A DNA stretch of 62,282 nucleotides, from assembly GCA_045592665.1 (NCBI GenBank), contig JAZNVE010000148.1, positions 1 through 62,282 on the forward strand. The letters are read 5' to 3'. Positions 34,669-43,442 of this stretch are shown here, piece after piece. The position numbers and the translations under genes are program-made. Position 1 is the stretch's first letter, and every line of letters begins with the position of its first letter. This DNA comes from Acutalibacteraceae bacterium (lineage in GTDB: Bacteria > Bacillota > Clostridia > Oscillospirales > Acutalibacteraceae). Below the pieces are notes generated by a model that did no database searches, was not told the origin of the DNA, and worked only from the letters and a program-made list of their open reading frames with translations.

Positions 34669-36402
34669 TTACTTCTCCTCCTTATAATCATACTCACGAT
34701 TTATTTTAGCGAGATAATCTTCATAATTATCGATGATTTTTTGTTTCATATCTTTTGTGAATTTATTAGAGCCACCATCTTTGGTGTCATTAGCCATTTC
34801 GTAAACCCTGTTTAACAAGGCTGTAAGTGTCTCTTTTTCAATTTCAACACCGCTGAACTTTGACTTACAGCTATCCAACAAACAGAAAACAGCGTAATAA
34901 TAACACAATTTATCATAATTACCTATTGTTTCATTATCGTCTATAACATCAAGTGTTTTATTTACACCGACAAACAATTTTTTACATTCTTCTGTCGTAA
35001 GATCATATCTTGTATCCTCGGGGATATATCGTTTTTGGAATACGCATATTTCCTTGAAGCTTTTTTCGTAATCAGAAGGCACGTAATTTTCAATAGCGGT
35101 ATTTCTGTCCAGATATACTATGGCTTTATCACATTTTTCAATTGTCCCGTCGTTTATTTCTCCCTCTGAATTCACAGAAGTATAATAGAAATAACAAAGT
35201 GTTGCCATACGGAAATTAATATCTGCATAGGTTTTCGGATCAGCCTTAAGAAGCTCGGCACTATTGTTTTTCAGAATATTACCCTTTTCATCTTTTGAGC
35301 CACCGTGATAAATTGCCTCAAAATCTGCAAGATCCGAAGAGGTGAAGCCCTTGCCCTCCAAAACCTTATCCTCATAATATTCAACCAATTTCACATATGC
35401 AGCTGCTCTTTCGGGATATAAAGTAACGGCTTTTTTATAAAATGCTATGTCATCTGTATGATTTACATACGCATCATACGTATTTTCATTAATCGCTTTT
35501 GCACCCAATGCCGTACCAATACCAGAAAATGCCATTATTATACTGAGAACAAAGGGGATAACCGTTCCTATAACCTTTCTTTTCTGTATTTTTTTGTATC
35601 CCGATGTAATAAGGTCGGGGTGTTCAAGGTCATATATAAGGTCTGCACAGCTCTGATACCTGTTTTCTTCCGCAGGCTGAACGCACTTATCAATAATGAG
35701 CTCAATACCCTCCGAAAGGTTTGGATTAATCTGTCTTACGGGCACATATCCGTCACCCATTCTGGGGTCAACGCCCGTAAGAAGGTTGTGCATTGTCATA
35801 CCCAGGGAGTAAATATCGGATCTGGGTGTTGTCTGTCCGTTATATGCTTCGGGAGGTGCGAAACCTCTTGTACCGAGAACCTTTGTATCTGCAAGATTTT
35901 GCTCTTTATACTCACGGGCAATACCGAAGTCAATAATCTTAATATTACCCTCGGGCTTAAGCATAATGTTTGCGGGCTTCATATCGCGGTAAACGATAGG
36001 TCTCGGCTTCTGTGAATGAAGGTATGATAAGGCATCACAAATCTGCTTTGCCCATTCAATAACCTTTTCTTCATCCTGAACGCCGTACTCTTTTAAAATT
36101 TTGTCAAGAGATTCGCCTTCAATATAGTCCATTACAACGTAAATTGTAATTCCGTTGTCAATAATATCAACTATTCGCGGTAAAGCAGGGTGATCAAGAC
36201 GCTTCATAAGGTTTGCTTCAGCAAGTAAGCTGTTTACAACAATTTCATCATTTGCGCCTGTACCCTTTTTTCTGATTTCCTTAACTGCCCACTGTTTATT
36301 GAGATGGCTGTCCATGGCAAGATATACCGTAGACATACCGCCTCGACCAATTTCCTTAAGTATCTCGTACTTACCGTCAATTATTGTTCCTATCTCTGTC
36401 AT
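34669..36402 (-). CDS. Hanks-type Ser/Thr protein kinase with TM and an extracytoplasmic helical domain
   Basis: RBS GAGGTGAGGGG. Motifs GRGGMSTVY, WAVKEI, YRDMKPANIM, IDFGIA and GTRGFAPPE. TM VIGTVIPFVLSIIMAFSGIGTAL. About 270-aa C-terminal domain with no PASTA pattern seen. Confidence 0.9.
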   Translation of the reverse strand: MTEIGTIIDGKYEILKEIGRGGMSTVYLAMDSHLNKQWAVKEIRKKGTGANDEIVVNSLLAEANLMKRLDHPALPRIVDIIDNGITIYVVMDYIEGESLDKILKEYGVQDEEKVIEWAKQICDALSYLHSQKPRPIVYRDMKPANIMLKPEGNIKIIDFGIAREYKEQNLADTKVLGTRGFAPPEAYNGQTTPRSDIYSLGMTMHNLLTGVDPRMGDGYVPVRQINPNLSEGIELIIDKCVQPAEENRYQSCADLIYDLEHPDLITSGYKKIQKRKVIGTVIPFVLSIIMAFSGIGTALGAKAINENTYDAYVNHTDDIAFYKKAVTLYPERAAAYVKLVEYYEDKVLEGKGFTSSDLADFEAIYHGGSKDEKGNILKNNSAELLKADPKTYADINFRMATLCYFYYTSVNSEGEINDGTIEKCDKAIVYLDRNTAIENYVPSDYEKSFKEICVFQKRYIPEDTRYDLTTEECKKLFVGVNKTLDVIDDNETIGNYDKLCYYYAVFCLLDSCKSKFSGVEIEKETLTALLNRVYEMANDTKDGGSNKFTKDMKQKIIDNYEDYLAKINREYDYKEEK

Positions 36403-36414
36403 TTACCCCTCACC

Positions 36415-37185
36415 TCACGACATTGTTTTTATAAGCAAAACCGAGATGTTGTCCCTCTCACCACGAGATTTTACCAACTCAATCACGTGTTTTGCATTGC
36501 TGTGCATAGATTGTTTATGGGGAAGCACGCTTGCATCAAAATACTGGGCTATTTCCTGGGGTGAAACCTGATGTCTGAATCCATCCGAACAAAGAAGGTA
36601 CACGCCGTTCTGTGCTTCGCTTATAATAACCTCGGGTTCAACATCACGTGAAGCACCTACACACTGAAGAAGAAGGTTACGACGGCTGTCAACTCTCGCT
36701 TGCTCCGGAGTCATATTACCACGCCTTACTTCTCTTTCTACAAAGCTCTGGTCTATTGTCAGCTGTTTCAAGCCCTTATTTATGTAATACGCTCTGGTAT
36801 CACCAACGTGCACAATAAGATATTTACCCTCTGCAAAAAGCATACCCGTAAATGTTGTACCCAGATTCACACCCAGATTAAGACCAAACTGAGATATTTT
36901 AGCATTAAGCTGTTTGAGCATATGAGTCCACTTACCGGCAACAACCTCTAAATTAAGGTGCTGAAGCTCATAGGGAAGTTCTTCATCAAACCACCTTGAA
37001 AATTCCCTTATGACCGTCGCACTGGCAAGTTCACCCTTGGCAAGTCCACCCATACCGTCACATACAACGGCAAGGAGCACCTGCTTATTGTCTTTATCAT
37101 AAACAGCCTGTTTTATTAAGAGACTGTCTTGATTTGTTTTTTTCACAATACCTACATCGGTATCTGCAGTAGCTATATAATGCAT
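36415..37185 (-). CDS. PP2C-family Ser/Thr phosphatase
   Basis: RBS GGGAGGT. Motifs NQDS, LLAVVCDGMGG, LLCSDGF and RGERDNISVLL. Confidence 0.9.
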   Translation of the reverse strand: MHYIATADTDVGIVKKTNQDSLLIKQAVYDKDNKQVLLAVVCDGMGGLAKGELASATVIREFSRWFDEELPYELQHLNLEVVAGKWTHMLKQLNAKISQFGLNLGVNLGTTFTGMLFAEGKYLIVHVGDTRAYYINKGLKQLTIDQSFVEREVRRGNMTPEQARVDSRRNLLLQCVGASRDVEPEVIISEAQNGVYLLCSDGFRHQVSPQEIAQYFDASVLPHKQSMHSNAKHVIELVKSRGERDNISVLLIKTMS

Positions 37186-37200
37186 CTTTTACCTCCCTGT

Positions 37201-39126
37201 TTATACTTTAAACAAAAAGTCTTCATTAGCAAGCGTAATGGTATCGCCGTCAAATATTTCTATTTCACAATTGGGCATTATCATTCTGCCGTTAATATAA
37301 GTCTTATTTTTCGAGTTAAGGTCTGTAATGAAATACCTGTTATCACGTATAATTATGTCCGCATGACTTCTGCTGATAACATTGCTGTTGCTTACAAAAT
37401 AGTCAACATAACTACGTTCCTTACCAATTCTGAAAACAGGCTTTGATATTTTTACAACATCACCGTTGAAAATACGCTTAAGAGTAGGATATTTAATATA
37501 TTCCTTTTCAGGCGCAGAACCATTACTATATGTGTCCATAGGTGCAAAAGGCTCATCTGTAAGAAGGCCCGTTTTATCCTCATCAAATCCACCTGACATC
37601 ATGACTGACTGAGGCGCCGGTGTCGGCTGTGCCACGGGCTGAGGTGCAGGCTTAACCATCGGTTGCGGTGCAGGTGCCGGCTGTGCCACAGGCTGAGGCG
37701 CGGGCTTAACCACCGGTTGCGGTGCAGGTGCCGGCTGTGCCACGGGCTGAGGTACGGGCTTAACCACCGGTTGCGGTGCAGGTGCCGGCTGTGCCACGGG
37801 CTGAGGTGCAGGCTTAACCACCGGTTGCGGTGCAGGTGCCGGCTGTGCCACGGGCTGAGGTGCAGGCTTAACCATCGGTTGCGGTGCAGGTGCCGGCTGT
37901 GCCACGGGCTGAGGCACGGGCTTAACCATCGGTTGCGGTGCAGGTGCACCCTTTGATATCTTCATTACTTCATCAGAAGACAGCTCATATGCCGGTTTTA
38001 CTGCAGCTGCAGAAGCCGGAACAGGCTGTGCCATAGGTTTAGCCACAGGCTGTGGTTGCGGTGCAGGTGTCGGCTGCACCTTGGGTTTAACCGCGGGCTG
38101 TGGTTGTGGTGCAGGCTTAACCACCGGTTGCGGTGCAGGTTGCACTACAGGTGCGACTTCGGGTTTGAAAACAAATCCGTCATCCGATTTTTCTGCTACT
38201 TTTTCGATGTCAGAAGCATCTTCTTCTATCAATAATGAAGTATCGTCCAATTCAGCATTAAACTCAACCGATTGAGCCACAGAGCTTCCCTGAGCTTGCT
38301 CAGCATCTTCTATTAGCAGGGCAGTGTTGTCCTCTGCCTCATCGCGCTCCGATATGGGCATTGACTGTGCCACGGGGTTCTGAACCTTAGTCGGTTGTTC
38401 TTCCCCTACGGAGTTATCATCCAGCATATCGGCAATATTAATTTCAGGAACCTGACTTAAGTTGACCGCTTTCGCAATCGGTTCGGGTTTTACGGAAGGT
38501 GCCGTTTTACCGACTTGTTCCACACTTTCATTCTGATTATTGATTACAACATTTCGTGAAGGGTGGGATTTATTTACCGCATCAACAACTTTAGCATCCT
38601 CATTTAAGATGTAACTCTCAATACGGGTGTAATCAAACCCATCCACAGACTTAAGAAAAGCCAAAAAGCGTTGCGCGTATTCCATATCTGCTTCGCGAAA
38701 AGGCTTTGTCATTGCGGAAATCGCGGACATAAAGCTTATCAAATTATTGGCATTAGCTTTAGCAGCACATGGTGTATAAGCTAACTGAACCTCCCACGAT
38801 GTTTCGTTTATAAAAACATATCTGAAATCAAGCAACAATTTATCAATAGAAAGATTAAGCGATTTTATATCACGGGCAATTGCCGCAAGCTGTTGCATAA
38901 TAAGGAAATACTGCACCTTGGACATAGGCTGTTTAAGTCTTTCACCCAACGGAACTCCATTCATACAAACAAACTGCACCTGATCATCCTGAACAGAAGA
39001 ACCCAGGATACCCTTTATAGGTGTTTTTGATACATACAATGCTTCACCCTTAACAAATCCGTCAGCAGAAGTAAAGCCTATATTAATCACCTTTGCATTA
39101 CCGTTATTTAATACTTTAATCTCCAT
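37201..39126 (-). CDS. FHA-domain protein: N-terminal globular domain, acidic linker, Pro-rich tandem repeats, C-terminal FHA
   Basis: RBS TAGGAGGT; first gene after the 39195-39223 promoter. Six 18-aa PAPAPQP(V/M)VKP(A/V)PQPVAQ repeats. FHA FRIGKERS...ISRSHADII...SKNKTYING. Confidence 0.85.
   Translation of the reverse strand: MEIKVLNNGNAKVINIGFTSADGFVKGEALYVSKTPIKGILGSSVQDDQVQFVCMNGVPLGERLKQPMSKVQYFLIMQQLAAIARDIKSLNLSIDKLLLDFRYVFINETSWEVQLAYTPCAAKANANNLISFMSAISAMTKPFREADMEYAQRFLAFLKSVDGFDYTRIESYILNEDAKVVDAVNKSHPSRNVVINNQNESVEQVGKTAPSVKPEPIAKAVNLSQVPEINIADMLDDNSVGEEQPTKVQNPVAQSMPISERDEAEDNTALLIEDAEQAQGSSVAQSVEFNAELDDTSLLIEEDASDIEKVAEKSDDGFVFKPEVAPVVQPAPQPVVKPAPQPQPAVKPKVQPTPAPQPQPVAKPMAQPVPASAAAVKPAYELSSDEVMKISKGAPAPQPMVKPVPQPVAQPAPAPQPMVKPAPQPVAQPAPAPQPVVKPAPQPVAQPAPAPQPVVKPVPQPVAQPAPAPQPVVKPAPQPVAQPAPAPQPMVKPAPQPVAQPTPAPQSVMMSGGFDEDKTGLLTDEPFAPMDTYSNGSAPEKEYIKYPTLKRIFNGDVVKISKPVFRIGKERSYVDYFVSNSNVISRSHADIIIRDNRYFITDLNSKNKTYINGRMIMPNCEIEIFDGDTITLANEDFLFKV
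37613..37948. repeat. 54-nt tandem repeat, about 6 copies, in-frame in the 37201..39126 gene
   Basis: The motif ggctgtgcc recurs at 37625, 37679, 37733, 37787, 37841 and 37895, exactly 54 nt apart. Degenerate related copies at about 38030-38150. Confidence 0.9.
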
Positions 39127-39194
39127 AAAAACCTCCTAAGCTCAAGTTTTTTATGCTAAATTATAATACACCTATCCTAATTATAATCGGTGTA

Positions 39195-39223
39195 ATTATA
39201 TTCTTTTTAGAAAATTTTGTCAA
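39195..39223 (-). promoter_or_regulatory. consensus sigma-A promoter of the secretion operon (TTGACA-N17-TATAAT)
   Basis: The minus strand reads TTGACA (39223-39218), a 17-nt spacer, then TATAAT (39200-39195). It lies about 70 nt upstream of the 39126 start. Confidence 0.6.
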
Positions 39224-39294
39224 TCTATAATCCCCAATTCTCACGCTCATATTTTATTTATATATAATATGTATAAAACTTATCATTTTTATTT

Positions 39295-39342
39295 GTTTAA
39301 AAAACCGTATCCTCCCACAGAACAGTGTTCTATGAGAGGATA
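39295..39342 (-). terminator. intrinsic terminator ending the glnA / kinase-fusion transcription unit
   Basis: Long imperfect hairpin tatcctc...agaaca / tgttct...gaggata (39308-39342), followed by TTTTTT on the minus strand. Confidence 0.75.
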
Positions 39343-39353
39343 GCTTTATTGAT

Positions 39354-41459
39354 TTATATACTGTTTTTCAGCTCTTCTGCCAATGCCTCACAGCTGCCGT
39401 ATCTGGCAGAAGGGCTTATGGCAACGCATTTGTCGATTATTTTTTCAAGCTCAACGGATAATAACGGATTTATCTGTCTTATGGGTCTGTATTCATATTT
39501 TTTACTGTTCGGTCCGACACCGGTTAAAAGGTGGTGTAAAGTCATACCTAAAGCGTAAATATCGGTTCTGGCATCCGATTGGCGTCTTCCGAATTGCTCC
39601 GGCGCGGCGTAACCCTTTGTACCGAAACAAGCAGTATCACTCTTTTTAAGGGGATCATAGCAACGCATAATACCGAAATCAATCAAAGTGATTTGTCCGT
39701 TTTCTCTGAGCATAACATTGGCCGGCTTAAGGTCTCTGAATATTCTTGGAGGGTTAAGACCGTGAAGATAACCCAAAACATCGCATAATTGCAAGCCCCA
39801 TTCGATTACAGCTTCCGGAGGTTGCGCAGATTCTCTGTTAACAATCGCTTCCAGAGTTTCGCCCGTAATGTAATCCTCAATAATGCAAAGATAATCCTTA
39901 GTTTCTACAATTTCGTAAATCCGCGGAATCATAGGATGCTCAAGCTCTTTAACCGCTGAGGTTTCTTTAAAAACCATATCCCTTACTATCGGGCTGTATT
40001 TTTCGCTGTTTTTAAAACACATTTTTGCAGCAAAAAGACCACCGTTAGACACATCCTCAACAAGATACACCCTGAATGTTCCACCCTTGCCCAACATACG
40101 CAAAACCCGATATGAATTGTCTATTATGGTGCCTACTATATTTTTTTCGTTCAGACTTTTTCGCTTTTCGCATTTTTTCTGTTGCTCGTCTTTATAGAAT
40201 ACCAATTTTTCAATATGGGCGAAGTCTATTACATCATTAGCACAAAGCTTGTGCACTTCATTTTTTTCAATTTTTTTCGAATTAATCCAAATACCGTTTG
40301 TAGACAAATCTTTTATGTACCAAGTGTAGTCATCATAATAAAAGATTGCGTGGCTTCTTGAAATCTTGGGACTGTTGATAACAATATCGTTATCGCTCGT
40401 ACGACCTACCGTAACCTTACCCTTCTTAAAAACCGACTTGTCGTTTTTTTCTGAAGTGAGTACAAGGATATTTGAAAAGAGTCTTTCCGTATTGTGAGCT
40501 TCAACCGGAGTTTCAAACACTCCGGACCTCGTTTCAATCTTGAATCTGCCACATTTATGACAACACAATTGATTTTCGGTTTGATTTTTTCCCACAACAG
40601 AAAACTCATGAGCGTTATTTTTACAATCCAGATATTTGTTGCCTCTTTCATCGGCAATTTCTCTGACTGCAAGCACAGCAAGACTTTTCATCCCGCTTAC
40701 GTTTAAATTAATACCGTCAAAGGTATCAATAAGAATTTTAAATTTGTTGAAATCTATTAGCCTACATCCGTTTTTAGCAACACATTCCCTGATTGCACAA
40801 TTATATTTTTCAATGTCATTATCCTTATACTGTTTGAAAAAATCGAACTTTGGGTTCTGGGACATACAGGTTGCAAATAAGGTGCAACACCAAATTTCTG
40901 CTTTTGGATATCTGCTTTTAATTTTGTTCAACATAGCATCGTACGCATAGGAAAATGTTGATTCATCCTCAACATACCCATACATATTCTTACCGATTTC
41001 TTCATTATAATAGCTTTCCACACTACCCGAAACCGGAACTGAGCCCAACCAATCACTTGTACCCATACACACAAGTATTACATCAGGTAAAGCTTTACCT
41101 GAGTGTAAAGCCGATGTTCTTTCCGTTGAACAGCCCGACGGGAATAAATCTGAAACCTCGGGAAGCTGTGTTACCCGACTGTATGCATATGAATTATTTA
41201 CAAGAAGCTCTCCACCGAAATAGTTTATGACTCTTTGCCACCAAGTACGGTTTTTTTCGGTTATACCCGCTTTTTCACAATTCTCACCCTGGTAAAATAT
41301 TTTATAACCCGGTGGATTAAACCCTGAAAAGGTGCTTATGGAGTCGCCTAAAACAGAAAACTTTTTACCGTAGTAACGGTTTGCTTTTCGCCATTCCGAA
41401 AATTGGACATTACCTATACCTGCCAGTCTTTCGCTTGTCTTATCATTGTATAAAGCCAC
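39354..41459 (-). CDS. fusion protein: SGNH/GDSL-like domain, Cys-rich segment, FHA domain, C-terminal Ser/Thr kinase
   Basis: GTG start 8 nt after AAAGGAGG. SGNH blocks GDSIS and GTSDW, with DGINLN where DGxHxN is expected. Cys-rich CCHKCG. FHA VTVGRTSD...ISRSHAIF...STNGIWIN. Kinase GKGGTF, FAAKM, FRDLKPANVM, IDFGIM and GTKGYAAPE. Confidence 0.85.
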   Translation of the reverse strand: MALYNDKTSERLAGIGNVQFSEWRKANRYYGKKFSVLGDSISTFSGFNPPGYKIFYQGENCEKAGITEKNRTWWQRVINYFGGELLVNNSYAYSRVTQLPEVSDLFPSGCSTERTSALHSGKALPDVILVCMGTSDWLGSVPVSGSVESYYNEEIGKNMYGYVEDESTFSYAYDAMLNKIKSRYPKAEIWCCTLFATCMSQNPKFDFFKQYKDNDIEKYNCAIRECVAKNGCRLIDFNKFKILIDTFDGINLNVSGMKSLAVLAVREIADERGNKYLDCKNNAHEFSVVGKNQTENQLCCHKCGRFKIETRSGVFETPVEAHNTERLFSNILVLTSEKNDKSVFKKGKVTVGRTSDNDIVINSPKISRSHAIFYYDDYTWYIKDLSTNGIWINSKKIEKNEVHKLCANDVIDFAHIEKLVFYKDEQQKKCEKRKSLNEKNIVGTIIDNSYRVLRMLGKGGTFRVYLVEDVSNGGLFAAKMCFKNSEKYSPIVRDMVFKETSAVKELEHPMIPRIYEIVETKDYLCIIEDYITGETLEAIVNRESAQPPEAVIEWGLQLCDVLGYLHGLNPPRIFRDLKPANVMLRENGQITLIDFGIMRCYDPLKKSDTACFGTKGYAAPEQFGRRQSDARTDIYALGMTLHHLLTGVGPNSKKYEYRPIRQINPLLSVELEKIIDKCVAISPSARYGSCEALAEELKNSI

Positions 41460-41502
41460 TCCATTCGCCTCCTTTCAGTCAAGATGAATTGTTATAAATA
41501 AA

Positions 41503-41982
41503 TCAACAATGAATATATTGAGGTAAAACAGATTCCGTAACCCAGAAAATCGGTGGATTATGAGATGCATTTTCATAAAACACATAACCATCAGCCAACA
41601 TTTTTTCCGAATCGACAACTATCACACAAGGGTCTTTTAAGCCCCTGCTTATCCCCTCCGCATATTTATCGCAATCAGTTAAAAATACCATTTCTGTTTT
41701 TTTATTTAAAAGTCCGTGCTTACAGATGCTTTCAAGATTTTTTTGCGAAGTTATATGGTAGAGACTCGGAGGAACGCAAACATTTTTGACTTCCACATAA
41801 TTCAACGGAGCATAGACTCTCCCCAAAACAAAAAATGCTCTTAAGTTAAGCCTAAGCTGTTTTTTGTAAAACTTACTTGATGGTTTTGCCTTATAAAGAG
41901 TGATACTGTTTTTTAAAGCAACACTGACCTCTCCACCCGGCAATCTGTTTTTCATTCCCTCTTTTATACGTTTAGCAAACAT
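41503..41982 (-). CDS. KptA/Tpt1 C-terminal-lobe-like (ADP-ribosyltransferase fold) protein, divergent
   Basis: TAATG overlap with the glnA stop. PPSLYHITSQKNLESICKHGLL...DPCVIVVDSEKMLADGYVFYEN...IFWVTESVLPQYI aligns by eye with the E. coli KptA C-terminal half. The N-terminal lobe and the Arg/His catalytic residues are not evident. Confidence 0.45.
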   Translation of the reverse strand: MFAKRIKEGMKNRLPGGEVSVALKNSITLYKAKPSSKFYKKQLRLNLRAFFVLGRVYAPLNYVEVKNVCVPPSLYHITSQKNLESICKHGLLNKKTEMVFLTDCDKYAEGISRGLKDPCVIVVDSEKMLADGYVFYENASHNPPIFWVTESVLPQYIHC

Positions 41983-43406
41983 TAAAGATTATAGTATTTT
42001 TCAAACTCAACGGGATGAGGTACCTTTGAGATTTCGCTGCACTCGGCACGTTTTGTTTTAATGAAGTTCTTAATAAGTTCTTCGGGGAATACGCCACCTG
42101 CGGTAAGGTAATCGTGGTCTGCCTCAAGAGCATCGAGAGCTGCCTCAAGTGAAGTGGGAAGACCTTTAAGCTTTGCTTTTTCCTCATCGGGAAGATTGAA
42201 AAGGTTAAAGTCATAGGGTCCCCAACCGTTTGCATGGGGGTCGATTTTATTCTTAATACCGTCAAGACCTGCCATAAGAATTGCTGCGTAGCAGAAATAG
42301 GGGTTACAGGTTGCGTCGGGGTTACGAAGCTCGAAACGACGTTTCTCGGGAGCCTTTGCATAAGCAGGAATACGGATAACCGCACTTCTGTTTGATGTTG
42401 CGTAGCCAACGGTTACGGGTGCTTCGAAACCGGGAATAAGACGTTTAAAGGAGTTTGTGCTTGGGTTTGTAATAGCACAAAGTGAAGAAATATGCTTCAA
42501 AAGACCGCCTATAAAGTAATGTGCAGTTTCGCTGAGATTTGAGTAGCCGTTATCATCGGAGAATACGGGCTCACCATCTTTAAGAAGAAGCATATGAACG
42601 TGCATACCGCTACCTGCTTCACCATAAATGGGCTTGGGCATAAATGTAGCCGTTTTGCCGTATTTAAGGGCAGTGTTGCGGATAATGTATTTAATCCACA
42701 TTGTGTTATCTGCCATCTTTGACATCTGACCGAGTTGAGGCTCAATCTCAAACTGACCTGATGCGGCAACCTCGGGATGATGATAGTTGATTTCTATACC
42801 TGCATCCGCCATATGTAAACACATTTCGCTACGGCATTCGTATGTAACGTCAAAAGGCTTTGCTATATGGTAATTTTTCTGTTTAGGAACAATAACACCG
42901 TTACCTGCAACAGAGCTATTCCAGTATGACTGCTGTGCATCAACATCCGCACTGATATTGTCGGGTGAAACATTCCAACCCACCTGGTCGAAAAGATAAA
43001 ATTCAAATTCGGGAAGAATGAGCATTGTATCTGCAATACCGCTATCCTTCATATACTGCTCTGCAGCAAGAACAATATTTCTGGGGTATTGAGCAAGGGG
43101 TCTGTTGGCAGGTGAATCAATAATCATAGCATTACCCGTCATAGACAATGTGGGAATATCACAGAAGGGGTCAACAATGGCTGTGTCAGGGTCAGGAATA
43201 AAGACCATGTCGCTTTTCTCAACAACGGCATAACCGTAGTTTGAAGCATCAAAACCAATACCGCTCTTCATAGTATCCTCAGAAAAATTCTCTGCGGGAA
43301 TTGTAACGTGACGGTACTGACCGTTGATGTCAACCATCTTAAAGTCCACCATTTTAATATCTTTTTCTTTAATAAGTTCAATGATTTTCTTGATTTTTTC
43401 TTGCAT
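41982..43406 (-). CDS. glnA: glutamine synthetase, type I
   Basis: 474 aa. Characteristic blocks DMVFIPDP, GSGMHVHMLL, NSFKRLIPGFEAP and NRSAVIRIP. Confidence 0.95.
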   Translation of the reverse strand: MQEKIKKIIELIKEKDIKMVDFKMVDINGQYRHVTIPAENFSEDTMKSGIGFDASNYGYAVVEKSDMVFIPDPDTAIVDPFCDIPTLSMTGNAMIIDSPANRPLAQYPRNIVLAAEQYMKDSGIADTMLILPEFEFYLFDQVGWNVSPDNISADVDAQQSYWNSSVAGNGVIVPKQKNYHIAKPFDVTYECRSEMCLHMADAGIEINYHHPEVAASGQFEIEPQLGQMSKMADNTMWIKYIIRNTALKYGKTATFMPKPIYGEAGSGMHVHMLLLKDGEPVFSDDNGYSNLSETAHYFIGGLLKHISSLCAITNPSTNSFKRLIPGFEAPVTVGYATSNRSAVIRIPAYAKAPEKRRFELRNPDATCNPYFCYAAILMAGLDGIKNKIDPHANGWGPYDFNLFNLPDEEKAKLKGLPTSLEAALDALEADHDYLTAGGVFPEELIKNFIKTKRAECSEISKVPHPVEFEKYYNL

Positions 43407-43442
43407 TTGAACAACGACCTTTCTTGTCCTATTTTCTATTTT

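Noticed and set aside
35458-36015. 185-aa plus-strand ORF.
   Set aside because: It lies entirely inside the Ser/Thr kinase gene on the opposite strand. The sequence is Cys/Arg-rich and looks like non-coding noise.
37613-37948. Regularly spaced direct repeats that could be mistaken for a CRISPR array.
   Set aside because: The units are contiguous with no spacers, lie in-frame within a CDS and encode a Pro-rich peptide repeat.
37599-37956. Two long ORFs (116 aa on the minus strand, 97 aa on the plus strand) with striking repeats (HLHRNRWLS..., RCRCRLCHGLR...).
   Set aside because: They are alternative-frame readings of the 54-nt tandem repeat inside the well-supported 37201..39126 gene. No RBS or independent start context.
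6700-39223. The possibility that the T7SS/effector island is a mobile genetic element.
   Set aside because: I found no integrase, transposase, flanking tRNA or terminal direct or inverted repeats in the window. The heptad/hairpin elements lie outside the island borders.
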